NCBI GenBank assembly: GCA_047495785.1
Contig: JBLDXI010000019.1
Span: forward strand, 992,001-1,056,000
Length of the DNA: 64,000 nucleotides
Direction: 5' to 3'
Source of the DNA: Lepidodermella squamata
Taxonomy: Eukaryota > Animalia > Gastrotricha
The position numbers and the translations under genes are program-made. Position 1 is the stretch's first letter; each line of letters opens with the position of its first letter. The notes under the pieces were generated by a model that worked only from the letters and a program-made list of their open reading frames with translations, ran no database searches and was not told where the DNA came from. This document shows, in pieces, positions 36,375-49,391 of the stretch.

Positions 36375-38363
36375 ATGATCGGCGATCGCTTGTCTTCGGC
36401 AGACTTCGGAAGCAGCGAGGATCGCATAGCAGCGGAGCGATTACTATACTCATCAACTCCGGCGAAGAGTAAAAGCAAAAGCAACCTGTTAAGCAGGGAC
36501 CTTACCTCTGACTTCCCGCGTCATTATTACAGTGGCGGCACCAATTTGCCGTTTTTCGTCCAGCCAGGTCCCAAATTCCAGCGGGTGCCATCGGGCCTTG
36601 ATCCGCCTGAAGTTAAGCCTGAGAATGTTGGGGTCACGCCAGCGTTGAACAAAAACCAGCGCACGTATTGGCAATGGAGTATGCGGCCCATTTCGAATAA
36701 TCTGATGGGACAGCAGGTTGACATTAACACGAGAATAAGGCTGCTATTATCACAAAGCAACGATATACAAATCCTGGCAAAATCGACCTCCGAGGGATCG
36801 AAGCCTCAAACTCATCTAGAACCGATAACAAAGGAGACAGTCCAAAACGGCTTGGAGGTAACTCCGCAAGAGGTAACTGCCAAAGCCCAAGTTGAAACCG
36901 AGAATAAACCACAGGCGGAAGATCAAACTGCTCAAGTCAATGATAATCCAACTGAAAATGCCCCACTTGAGGAAGCAACCGCTAAAGACGACAAGCCCGA
37001 GACCACGCTTGCTATCGGCGACGTGACAATTCCGGTGCAGAAGGCCCCTGCTGGTCGGCTCCTCACGGGCCGCCCTGCCAAGTCGATGGAAAATAAAGAA
37101 CCGCCGCCTGTCGATGTCAGCAAAGCTAATCGCGAACTCCTAGTATTCTGGAATAAACTGAAAACTAAATCTTCACTGCGACCCGAACTCGATTATCGAT
37201 TTTACGACATGAAGCCTTTGCTTGCCGGTCGCGCGAATAGGCGAGCTGGGCTCCTTCAAAGGTCTTTCCTCAACGCACCGTCGATGGCAATGAAAGTTAT
37301 GAACGAAACCTATTTAAACGATGTTTGTAAGCCTGTTCCGCCGATTCGTGGCAAACGCCTCTCGAAGCACCTAACACAACGCGAAGATATTCTGCAGCGA
37401 ATATTTTACAGCGACGCTTTGCCAACGGAAATTCAATTAAGAAAATTTATGGCTGTTCACTTCAACACACCCACTAACAGCATGTCCCACGCTGGCACTC
37501 GGGAGCCTACGGTGCTTGACATGAAGCAAGCCGAAGATCAGAATGAAGACACCGAGCAAGTTCCTGAACGTTCAGAATCGGTTAATCAGTTACTAGAGAC
37601 GTATTTCGAGTCCTTTGTGCCTGTTGAAGAGGTATCTAATATCAGTCCAATTATCCGAAAAGCCGCAGTGGCCACTCGAAAAGAAGTTGCTAAAACACTC
37701 AGCTCTGACCTTGTTCGCCCTGAAAGACCCAAGCGCAAAATAGTGCGCTTTGTCCAGCCGACTCTTGCTAAAAAGGAAGAGAATAATGTCAAGAGATTCG
37801 GCCCGATCAAAAAGTCGACATCTACTCCGATCTTGAACCAACAGCAGCCTCATTCGATCCTAAAAGCAGCGCTGAGCATGGATAACCTCACAGAAGATGA
37901 GGATGATAGGACTGATGAAGACATTGATGATGACGATGCGATTCCAGACTATAAAGATGACGCACTACGCGAGCTCATGCAAAGAGCGAACGCTAGGCGA
38001 ATCAGCACGATGAAAGTTACCATCAAAAAGCTGGCTGACGCGCAACAAGACGAGGAGGACGAACGGCGCGCGGTCATGCAGCAAAATAAGCAGGAACTCA
38101 CTTCGAGAATGACCGACGTGAGGACGCGCGTCATGGGCAGGAAAGTTTACGACCCGAACGAACATGTCGACTTCCATCGCTTGGTCAAACACACTAGTAA
38201 CATGGATGATGACGAGGCGAACTTGCTGTTCATGACTCGGGACTACCGCGTTTTCGCGTCTCAGTATGTCAGATCTTTGAATCAAATGCTGACAAATAAA
38301 ACCCCAACCCCGCCCGGATCACCTGATCCCGATGATTACGACCGCCTTTTTCCTTCAAAATGA
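36375..38363 (+). CDS. Uncharacterised protein of about 660 aa, largely disordered with a coiled-coil C-terminus
   Basis: 2-kb uninterrupted ORF; first ATG follows an AG acceptor at 36348-36349; AATAAA downstream. No domain recognised. Confidence 0.8.
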   Translation: MIGDRLSSADFGSSEDRIAAERLLYSSTPAKSKSKSNLLSRDLTSDFPRHYYSGGTNLPFFVQPGPKFQRVPSGLDPPEVKPENVGVTPALNKNQRTYWQWSMRPISNNLMGQQVDINTRIRLLLSQSNDIQILAKSTSEGSKPQTHLEPITKETVQNGLEVTPQEVTAKAQVETENKPQAEDQTAQVNDNPTENAPLEEATAKDDKPETTLAIGDVTIPVQKAPAGRLLTGRPAKSMENKEPPPVDVSKANRELLVFWNKLKTKSSLRPELDYRFYDMKPLLAGRANRRAGLLQRSFLNAPSMAMKVMNETYLNDVCKPVPPIRGKRLSKHLTQREDILQRIFYSDALPTEIQLRKFMAVHFNTPTNSMSHAGTREPTVLDMKQAEDQNEDTEQVPERSESVNQLLETYFESFVPVEEVSNISPIIRKAAVATRKEVAKTLSSDLVRPERPKRKIVRFVQPTLAKKEENNVKRFGPIKKSTSTPILNQQQPHSILKAALSMDNLTEDEDDRTDEDIDDDDAIPDYKDDALRELMQRANARRISTMKVTIKKLADAQQDEEDERRAVMQQNKQELTSRMTDVRTRVMGRKVYDPNEHVDFHRLVKHTSNMDDDEANLLFMTRDYRVFASQYVRSLNQMLTNKTPTPPGSPDPDDYDRLFPSK

Positions 38364-38701
38364 CCCGTGATGTTGATAATTTACAATAAAATATGCTGGT
38401 AAAACCAATCGTTTTATTTTTTCACTCAAACACGAAGAAGATATTCCTTTAAAAAGGAATAATAAAAAAGTCAAGTAAATCATCAACAAGCTCTTCACCA
38501 TTTCTGTATAAATTACGATCAAAGCAATAAAATGGAGCAATCAAATGAATATGAAAAATGCAAGCTTCTAAGAAAAAAGGCGATAAAAAACGGCCTAACA
38601 ACAGGCAAAATTTGTATAGAGCAAGCCTGAAACAACAAAGAGCACCAGTCTTTTTTCTTATTATTTGAACATTTGAGGCACAGAATAACTAGAGGAAGAA
38701 C

Positions 38702-40362
38702 TCAAGCCGGTGCATTAGCATTGGCCGCAGCGACCATCCGGCGAAAAACTGGCACGATTTGATCGAAGCTGGGTCTACATTCAGGATTTTCATTCAAGCA
38801 AATGCCTAGCAAACGCTCAACGTGTGGCGAAATTCCGGGCGCTTTCGAGAACTGATCAGCCCGGGCGCCTTCAAGCGCCACCTTAATGCCGATTTCAACG
38901 GCGGAAAGGCCGGCGAAGGGTATGCACAATGTCACGAGTTCGAGCAGTATTACTCCCATCGACCACATATCGGCGGGCTGCAGGCGAACGGCGCTGGGCG
39001 GGTACATCAGTTCTTCTGGGGCACACCAGGCCGGGTAGCGAACGACACGCGAGTCGATGGTACCTGGGAGATCAGACTTGGCGAGGTAGAGCCGAGCTAC
39101 AGGCTCTTGAGCGGCGTCATTCGGGTCGATATCGAGCAGTACGTTCCTGCTATTAAGGTGGAACCGCGGCATGGGAAGTGCAGATGTGTCCTGCAGCATG
39201 CCATGGATATACTCCATGCCATTAGCGATATCTAACGCGATTCGATACGACTGCCGCTGGTCCATGACGAATTTTGGCCGATGGCCCTGGGTGCCGGAGT
39301 GTAAAACATCGAACAGCGAGCCAAGTTGTTGATAGCGTGATAGCAGCAACGGCTCGCCGGCGCCGTGATTGTCGATAAGGCAAGAAAGCAGTGGTAAAAT
39401 GTTCAAATGCGGCGATAACGTGCCGCGGCCGACTCGCAATCGCTCGGTTTCGGCTAAAAGCTGAACAGCCAGCCGGGGTCCGAGCGGCCCACGTCGGCGC
39501 AGGTGAACCGAACGCGCCACGACCGGAATTCCATCGCACGAGCCGAACCAGCACGTCGCGTTTTTTGACTCGCTGATTTTCTCACGTAGGTCCAACGACG
39601 CCAGACCGACTAGGTTCGAGCTACCCGACGCAATCGGGCCGTCTGTGACGCTGTTGCCGGGTGACGTCAGATTAACAGGTGCTGAAAACGGGGTCGGCGT
39701 GCTGCTTTTAATGCTAGACGAGATATCTCGCAGTTCGGCAGCCAAATCGGGCGACGCTAATTGCAGCGGGGTCAAACCGTCCTTGTTCTGGACATTCAAC
39801 GGCGCCCCACTAGCGGCCAGCATTACAGCAACATTTTGGCAGTTGAAAAACGCGGCGTAATGCAGCGGTGTGTTGCCGTGAGAATTCGGCGTTGCATTTA
39901 GAATGCCGGGGATCTGCAGTAGAATGCCAGCGGCGTCGTATTTGTTCAATTGAGCGGCTAGATGAAGAGGCGTGTCGCCTCCTGCATTCATCACGTTTAC
40001 TCGAGCACCATGATCAATCAACAGGCCAATTATCTGAAAAATTGAAAAATTTAATAAAAAATCCTGAAAAAACATCTAATTTTGAAGCGAATTCTAGAAG
40101 ATCAGAGTGTACGAAATCGTCATATTTGATCGGTCCGCCCGTACGAAATTCATCATTTTTCCTCAAAAACTTGAAAGAGTTTAAGGTAAAAACTAACCTC
40201 TGGTACTCCGCCGATAACAGCCCAGTGCAGAAGGCTGAACGCATGTTCGTCTGCTATATTTGGATTATTAGCAGGATCTGAGAGCCAGTTGCGAACAATA
40301 GCAGATGCATCCAATCGAAGTTGCGAGTAGTGGACAACTTCGAAAATTTCGTCTTCGCTCAT
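38702..40362 (-). CDS. ILK: Integrin-linked kinase-like pseudokinase (ankyrin repeats plus pseudokinase); intron 40034-40197
   Basis: WLSDPANNPNIADEHAFSLLHWA, GARVNVMNAGGDTPLHLAA, catalytic-loop variant HLNSRNVLLD lacking HRD, PAWCAPE, ADMWSMG and IGIKVALEG. Confidence 0.88.
40097..40164 (-). ncRNA. SNORD43: Intronic C/D box snoRNA of the SNORD43/snR70 family (guides the 18S rRNA Cm1703-equivalent site)
   Basis: Minus strand: GAGGA stem, box C ATGATGA, guide ACGGGCGG, A, D' CCGA, C'-like ATGACGA, box D CTGA, TCTTC stem. The guide pairs with conserved 18S CCGCCCGU. Confidence 0.82.
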
Positions 40363-40940
40363 TCTTAAAAAACTAAAATAAAAGGTAATATTTTTGAATA
40401 AATTCAGTTTTAATGGTTTTTTAAAACAGTTTCACTGCAGCTCGTACGTGTCCGACAGATGATGTCTCCGTCCTCTTTCAGAATTCCTCATTTGCACAAA
40501 ATATAATAGGTATTAATCTTTGACATACGATATAAGCAAGTATTTCATAATTTTAATGCATACTTCATTTTGTGCCGCAATAATACGTAAATTTCGCGCT
40601 AACAATGTATGTTTTCGATAAATATAACAGTAACAATATAATTGATTTTTTAAATGATTTCTCTCTCTATATTACACGTGATGATGATGATGATGATGAA
40701 TTAATTGTTGTTATTACTAATGTTATCCAACGTAACAGGCAGCGAAATTTCAGAAGTTTATGAATGGGTGAGTACATCGTAGCTCAACGCATTAACCAGT
40801 TCGTATTCACGTATTTACACAGAACATGGCACAAAAAGTATTTTAGCAGGTCACCAAGGTTAAAACTTTCGAGCGCGATTTAGTAACCACCTTCAGTTGT
40901 TATCATGCGTAATCTTAACAAGAAGAAACAAAAAAGTGTT

Positions 40941-43208
40941 TTAAGCAGTCTCGGTAGCATCATCGAGCTCTTCTTCGAGGTCCTCGAAATCACCTTCTAC
41001 ATCAGCAACGTCTTTATCACTTTCACCGTCGGAAGATGGCACATTGTTTTCTTCGGTAGTATCAGTAGCTGGCATGTTATTGTTAAGACCCGAGTTATCA
41101 GACATCGCCGAGATGTTAGATATGAACGAAATGGCGGAAATGTTCGATGCATTGCGCGTGTGACCCGATGGATGGAACGAAGGGAATTGCACATGTGAGC
41201 CGCCGGCTTGATGAGCAACCTTGTCCGCTTGAGCCTGGTTTTTGACGGCTTGTTCGCGCTGTTCAATCTGCTCAGCGACGGCCATTTTCACGAGTTCGAC
41301 GTAACTTTCGTGAGCTCTTTGGGCAAGTTCCAGTGCTTGTTTGAACTTATCCTCCGCTCCTGCTTGGCTAACTATAGCGACCGAAGAAACCGGTGAGGGC
41401 TTGGAACAAGCTCTGCCAAGAGCAACCCGGCCGAGCGCAAAAATTACTGGAATATCTAAATGATAATGAGAACATTATATTTTAATTTTCAATAATCAAG
41501 TCAAAAACGAACTTTTGCTAGCACATTGAGAAATTATTGAGCCAATCATGTCATCTAGACCTCCTTTTCCAGGGATACGTTCGATATTTGGGGCAAGAAT
41601 AATGCATTTGGCCTTTCCAAGTTGGATATGCTTCACCGCTTCGCGAAGGCCACAAACGTATCGTCTTCTGAGCTTCGCTTTCGTGGGATTCTGCTCATAC
41701 TGACGTTGCTGAAAGCCTCCGAGAGTAGTTAACAACAAATAAGTAGCATCGTCGAGTGCAGCGCCCAAAACCTGGTTGCAGTACTCGCGGAAACGTCGTC
41801 GATGCAATCGCCGACATATCGCATCGGCGTCTTCTTTCGATAGGCCAACAAGAGCTGATGATAAATAAGCATTAGAAACTGTTCCTAGCGAATTTGCAGA
41901 TTTAGCGGATTTCTGGGCCTGCGCGGCCTTATCAGCAGTAGCTTCAGCAACTGAATCAACTTCGGTTGCTACTGGTTCAGTGTCATGCTCAACATTACCG
42001 GTATCTTGAACATCAACCTGCTTCAGCAAATCACTACCATCGTGGTCCGTCGCAGGCTGTTGCCGCTTCTTCCTTTCTTCCAATATCACTTTTTTAAGCT
42101 TGCTGTATTTCGGTTTCCGATCAGGGGAGTCAACGCTTGTAGAGGGAGAAGATTCTGAAACGCTCTTTTTCGGTGTCGTTGACGCCGCCCCACTGCTTGG
42201 CTTGTGATCAGGACTGAGACCTCGATCGGATGACGCGCTGTGTTTCGGTCTTCTCGTATTGTTACTTGGTGGAGTGATATTGGATAGATTTAGCCTAAAC
42301 GATTCCAAGTGGCGAGGTGAATTGTGTTCTAGAACTCCAGAAGCGACTCGCAAAACTCCGCGCTGCTGATGAACTACATGAGGCGATTTAGCACTTTGAG
42401 TACGCAGATGAATGGATGCATCCAATGCTGGATATTCCTCTGCTACCGGGCTTGGTTCTTCCACATCGCCATGTTTTTCCGGGGAATCATTCTTCTCTGC
42501 CGAAGAATTGACAGCAGGAGGCCGTTTTAAAACATCGCTGTAACTGTGAACCGATGGGTTAGCAGAAACCGACGAATCTCCGGCAATAGGTGGATATTTA
42601 TCTTCAACAGAAACCTGTTTGAAGCTATCGCTCAGATCTGGTAGGAAAAAAAATTATATGACAAATCCAATTATAAATCCAAGCTACCTTTTGCAGGATC
42701 ACCAGTCTGCTTCGATTTTTTCTTTTTGCGCTTTGCTTTAGCTCCTCCTTCTTTATTTTGGGAGTTCTTGAATAAAAACCAAATCGTTTGAATAATGAAA
42801 GATCATCCACTAAGAAAAACATACTGCTGGGAGGACTGGCTCAGCAACCAGTTGAGCAGACCTTGCCCGATTGCTTTGAGAATGAGGATATTTATTATTG
42901 ACAAAATAGTTATGAGGTAAATTAGGTGGAGCAGCCGATTGGTACTGATGCAAAGGATTCATTGGAAGACCATCGACAAATTGCGGCCGTATATACATCA
43001 GATGGGGCAACGGGCCGGCCATAGGCGCAGATGGTAAAAGAAAAGGAGGCGGTAAGGTTGACGACATCTGCGTTGCTCCGGGATGATAAGCCCCAAACGC
43101 ATAATTACGAGAATAATCCATCAGTGGGCTTGCGAAATCTGGTTGCGCCGATGATGGGTAGTAATCGGCGGCCATAGCCGAAAGCTTTGAGTGCTTCGAC
43201 TCACTCAT
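40941..43208 (-). CDS. SECISBP2: SECIS-binding protein 2
   Basis: N-terminal PAM2-like SKLSAMAADYYP, KLKKVILEERKKR, HRRRFREYCNQ, and L7Ae domain RRYVCGLREAVKHIQLGKAKCIILAPNIE...GGLDD...IPVIFALGRVALG; four coding exons. Confidence 0.93.
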
Positions 43209-44445
43209 ATTGGAACAAATAAATTACGATAACATCAAGGCTATAAAATAATGAATTAAGGGCTGTTTAATGGCAGGAATGACTGAGGCACTTCGTAAGA
43301 CGAGCCCAAACTTTATTCCTTATCCTTAACCCAACTTACGTTGTACATTGTAGGCAGAGTTTGTCATAACTCGCTTCAATTGCAAAAATTAGGAATGGTA
43401 AAATGCAACGCCAGAGTACATGGTCATGATCATATGCCACATGAAGAGCAGAGGTGGCAACTGCTGAGGAAGGAATGAGGAATGGAACAAGTCCAAAGTC
43501 GAGAATACTTAATCGGTTAATGGGAAATCGTAACAATCCACTGATCAATAAACGGTAAACATTCTCTATGAAATCTCCGTCAATGATCAACATGAAAATC
43601 AGCATTGACAGTTGACAGGGACGAAAAGCGAAAAGCTAGACTCGGACATCGAGAACCTCAAAACCGTTTTTCGAAGAGAGATTCGTACACATATCTGAGA
43701 ATTCAAACCTATCGAAACTCGACAATTATATTTGTTTAAATTAATTTAATATGAAAAACAATTAAATCAAATTGCTTTAATGTTATTGTTGTTAATTGTC
43801 ATAGCGACGATGATGGCTCGATATTTGGTATGCGAGTACAGCTGTAATAACCTGGTACCTGGACGTGACCCATGTGACATTGATAGCTTTAGACTTAAGG
43901 CTCCATTTTCGTCATTTGTGTATTCCAAACGTAGCATGTGTCCTATTCTGTTAGGCTTGATAGCATGCGCTACCTTTTGATTCAATTACTGCTACCGGAC
44001 GATATTTCGTGATACCTACTCTCAGTAATACAGAAGACAAGACACCACCAGACCACTGCGCACTGCCAGCTACAGGATTTGCTTGTCATCTATCGCATCA
44101 ACATGAGTTTCTATGTGCTTTGCCTACGAATAACTGTACATTTTTACTAATATTATAAAAATTCTCGCCATCGATTGCCTTCAAATTACAAGTTTTATTC
44201 GAAAGAAATAGGAAACCGTTTTCTTTTCTGCTTTCTCATTCACTTCGTGAAATCCACGTTTCCACTCGATTTCACTTGTTTATTTTGTTTTACTCGATCG
44301 TTACTTACTTTCGTGCTTCACCCAAATATAGATTTCTACTCATGTTATATCATACTAATATAGGCAGTGGGCAGCGACAAGTTCTGCTGTCCACTTATAA
44401 AATGTATTGCGCTTAAACTGCGTTGAAAATTGTTTATTATCAGCA

Positions 44446-47400
44446 ATGATAACTTCGCAGCATTTGGCTGCAGCTGTTTGTTCTACTGGAAGCGGCAATC
44501 TCAAGTCACCAGGTAAGGCTATTGCACTCCAGTGGCTTCGAAATACTACAAATTAGTCTTTTAGGTACCATTATTAATGATCCCGCCGGACATTCGCCTA
44601 TCTTTTATGCAATCCATTGTGGTAACGAAAAAGCAGTGCGATCTCTAATTCAGCTGCCCCATCTTATTCACCAAGCAGACTCGCATGGTCACACTGCTCT
44701 TGCTATAGCAGTCGGGCGGGGCGAATTAAAAGTTGTTCAAGATTTGATTTCTGCCGGAGCAGACATATGCAGCAAAGATGTGAACGGAGTTACGCCACTT
44801 CACTTGGCCACAAAATCAACTCCTGAGGTAACACAAATTGCCAACAGTCCACCCATATGAAAGTTAATATTTGTAGATCATGAAAGCGATAGCTGCAAAA
44901 GTGAACGTTCACAACGTAGACATTACTGATAGCAGCGGGCGAACACCTTTACATTGGGCCGCGGCTCAAGCCAGAGAAAATTACTGCAGAATCTTGCTTC
45001 AAGCTGGAGCAAATACTGCCAAGTTAGACCAAAATAGGCGAACTCCGCTTCATTGGCTTTCCGTTTCTGAGAACTTTGAAACCTCCTCCAGTGTCGCTAC
45101 GTTATTTTTGCGAACATATCCCGACCTGGTTAGATGGCAGGTAAGGTCGAACTAATCGTTCAATTGTAGCAAAATGCAAATTTACCGCGACATAGGACGT
45201 CAGGGGTGCAACACCGTTTCATTTAGCCGCCTGCATTGGAAACGCTACGTTACTTGAAACTCTGCTTGAATACGCTGAGAAAGATACGATAAATAGAGCT
45301 GATAATTTATTTCGAACACCTCTACACTATGCATGTTCAATTGGTTAGTTGTTATGTTAATTCCCGAATTTATCAGTCGTTATTTTTTTGTATAATCAGG
45401 TCGTGCAAAAATTGTCGAGCTGCTATTGGAAAGCGGAGCTAAAATCGATTGTGCCGACTGCGAAGGAGCAACGGCAGCCCACCTAGCAGCGTATTGGAAT
45501 CACACCAGTTGCTTAGCTCTTTTGATTGATAGAGGAACACCTTCATTGATTTCATCCCTTGTGGATTATAACGGCCAGAGTCCTTTGCATTGGGCAGTTT
45601 CTAAGCGCAATTTCGATGCAGCTCGTTGTCTTTGCTCTGCGTATGTTTCAAGCGATCAAACAAAATTATCTTTATTGGTTATTTCAGCACAAAGCTTTAA
45701 AATATTTCTTTCGCCTTATTTCAACATTTGATCGTGATTTCTGTATTTTCTTCAGCATGGCTTCACCTGTAAGCTCATTATTGCTGATAGCTGCGGCGAA
45801 TGGCGACGATGCGATGGTGGATCTGCTGCTTACCAATGGAGTCCGTGTCTCGGACAGCTTAGATCCAAAAACATCGTCAACTGCTCTAATTGCCGCCGCT
45901 CAGCATGGCCATGTAACTGTCCTGATGACCTTGGTGTATCGAGGGAAGGCTAATCCTCGCCAAACAGATTTGAGAGGTCGCACTGCACTTCATTGGGCCG
46001 CCATGTCCGGCTCAGCTGAGTCTTGCAAGTTCTTGCTCGAAGTCGGCTGTCCGTACGAAGCTGCCGACTACCTTGGTTGCAACGCTCTCCACTGCGCTGC
46101 TTTCTCCGCGGCAGAATGCGTAAAAGTTTTGCTGCCGAAGTCGTCGCCTGAGGTGAAAGACCGGTAATTTTTTCATTATATAAATCATTCAAATGTACAA
46201 AGGCTAGATATTAGGTATGGATTCACGCCTCTCCACTGGGCTTGTCTTGGACGTAATGCTGGGTCAGTCAAACTGCTTATTGCTGCTGGCGCCAAGGTGA
46301 ACGCGTTGGGTATCACAAGAGATCGGCATACGCCATTGGATTGTGCTCTTCGAAGAAATGCCACTGAAGTAGCCGAAATTCTAGTCGGAGCTGGCGGTAT
46401 GACTGCGCACGGGGTTAAGGAATATTCAGCTACCAAAATACAGTCGCTTTGGCGATCCTACCGCGTTCGAAAAGTCGTGAAAACGCTCAAGCGCCACGAA
46501 CTGAGGTTGGCGAAGGGGCAACACTATTTGAAAAATTTGAAAGAGAAGCCGCAACCAGATTCGCCATTTCAAGACGAAGTTGTTGATGCTGTTTACTACG
46601 GCATGGGCAAAAGCAGGCTCGAAGCCGGCTCTAGTAGGGAGGATAACGCAACAAGGTTTGCCGGCGAAATTTATTGAACGGCTTTCTTAATATGCGTTCT
46701 TATTATGTAAAGCGACCACAGCTTTTTTGATGAAGAACAGGCAGATCGATCGAACACGGATCAAAATGGTAAATTGTCATACAATTTAAATTGATTTGTT
46801 GGAGCCTGATGAATAATTCAAACAGGAGAAGTTGCACCTCCTCTTGTTAGCAGCTTGAATACCAATGGCTACGGTGATAGCGAATACAGGGAGAGAAGAG
46901 GCAGTACGCATAGTGTTCGATTTGCCAACGTAGAATCATCTACTAATATGCAAGACCGTCACCATAATGATGATCGCCGAGAATCATCCCAACAGCTCAG
47001 CGATCAAATGGCAAATCGTTTCAAGCAACTGCGTATCGGGGAAAACCAGTCGCAAGATCAGCCTTCATCCAGCAACAACGATGGTTCCATGTCAATGGCA
47101 ACTGTAGTATCTGTCGTGGTTTCTGCAAAACGAAACAGGTGCGAAAGCCATTCATATTACAATCAATTTGCCATTACTAACTCAAAAACATGGTATTTTA
47201 TGATAAATTGCAGGCGTTACAATGGCTTGGTCATAAATGATGATGACTTTGATGATGATGACGAAGATGACATGACGCCTGAAGAGTTGCAGTATGCACT
47301 CGATAATAATTTGTTGCCTTTTCCCTACGTTTGCATATTCGTTTCGGGCTTTTTCTTCTGTTCACTACTTATTTAAAACGTTACCATGGCTACTATTTAA

Positions 47401-48059
47401 AGTTACTTTTTCTTTACAGGCAAAAATACTACCGCATGACGGAGGAGCAAATAATTCTGAAGGAGTCTGAAGCTGCGCGAAAACTACGCGTCGATGAAAT
47501 GAAGCGTGTCGAGGCTGTTCGAAGGCGATTTCAAGCAGCCTCTGTGATTCAGCGTAGCTGGAGACGGTACAAGAGAAACAAGAAAAATACGCAAACCCAA
47601 AAGCTTACTGCTCGTCAAATGCGTCTTCGAGCGGGAGAACAGGCGTGGAAGCGCCAAATGGCCGCTATAACCCTTCAGAATGCGTGGAGAAAGCACCATA
47701 GAAATGTTTGACTTGATATAATCCGCGAAATTGTATTTTCTAATTTCGGGAAATTTATTCAGGAAGTCCTCAAGTCAATTGAACTACATCCGGACCTGAA
47801 GCAAGTTCAAAGCCCGTTGAGCTCAATGATGCGATCAACCAGGCAAGCTGTTCTAGTTTCATCAGTTTACCGCAAATCGGTACCACTTTCTCTGCTGCCT
47901 CCACCGAACAGGCCCAAAACGGGCGTAGCTGAGCGGGCGTCAGCGCCTAAGCCCACTGTCAAACCGTTGAGCGACTTGTCAAAACCGCGACCAGCGGCTA
48001 TTTCGTTCAATTTCGCACACAGGCAATACACTTCGCAGACTTACAAATCAAATCATTGA
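44446..48059 (+). CDS. INVS: Inversin/diversin-like ankyrin repeat and IQ motif protein
   Basis: Long ankyrin array with inversin-like DNLFRTPLH and RHTPLDCAL...ATKIQSLWRSYRVRK, and further IQ motifs (IQRSWRRY, LQNAWRKH). Confidence 0.82.
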
Positions 48060-49391
48060 CACATTATCTTCTTTCAATATCTATTTTTTTCCGACTCTGT
48101 GACACTTTTTTCCTGACATCTCATTCTTAGCTTGCCGCGTGAAATTAATAAAAATCTGTCCGCTTAATCAGATTTTGTGGTTTGATGAAAAAATAACAAA
48201 GGAATGGTGAGTCACAGCCCATGAAAAAGTAAGTTGCTACAATACTGTAAATGCGAATCCTAGTTGCTCTTATGCGCGTGGGTGTTTTGAAAGAAGATTG
48301 GCATGGTAAATATTTGACATGTATTCAAATCTCGCCGCGACGCTTTGTTACATTCAAAGAGACGTGACTCAGTAGTCGGCAATGTATAGGAAGGCGTTGA
48401 GGCGAGCGTGCGAATGACAAACGATGCCGACAGGCGCCCGCGGTGAAGTGAGCCCTCATCCTTCCTATTTCGATCACAACGAGAGGCCAGATTAGGCTTG
48501 AACTGAACGCAATTAATTTCAAATTTGTGAACTGAAAATCGCTGGAGGGAACCGCGGCGGGCTTTTATGATCATGCGAGTGTCTTCCCTCGCCGTAACAC
48601 CGGTCGTCCTTTGTTCGCGCGCGTGAAGAGACGGGCACACGCAATACGTCAGTAGGCCGCGCAAACGAAGCTAATAATACGAAAACAGTCTTTGTGAGTG
48701 TGTTCATATATCTTTATTGGAAATTTATTAACAATATAAACAATATAAACAACAATAGAGCACGTTCGCACAATCCAGGTAGTCGATTATTGAGATTACG
48801 TTCAGCAGACATACCAGCTACAGGGCAAGTCGTAAAATTACGACGCAAATCGGAATTCATGAGGAGAGGAACGACAGCGAGGAAAATTACTGTGATAAAA
48901 TGAAGTCACCGCTGCACGTTGTTGTTACAAGTCGTTTGTAACGCAGTAATAAAGCAATTGTAACACCAAGGTTGAGCGAGCAACGTGAGAGCGGGAGCAC
49001 GGAAAAATGAAAATATTAACAGGGAATATGTATATATTTTGGTTATCAATATCTAAAAGCTTCAACGCGCAGTTGAAACACGCGCTTTCGACATAAATAA
49101 CGAAGTATAAAAACGACAACAATATTTTCTAAACACCATGGCCAGACATGAATAGTGCAGATAAAATGATACAAAATAATGATACATGCACAGGATGCAT
49201 AAATATGATAGCTAATTATTTACATTACTATTGAGCGTATTTCGATGATAATTTAACGCGTTGATACGTGGTGGCAGAGCAAAACAGTGGCAAATGCAAC
49301 AAGTGCGTACGCAGATTTATAAATACAGAATACTGATCAGTGGATCGTTGCGAGAAAGACTGTCTGTGATACAGGCTCAGACACATGAGAG

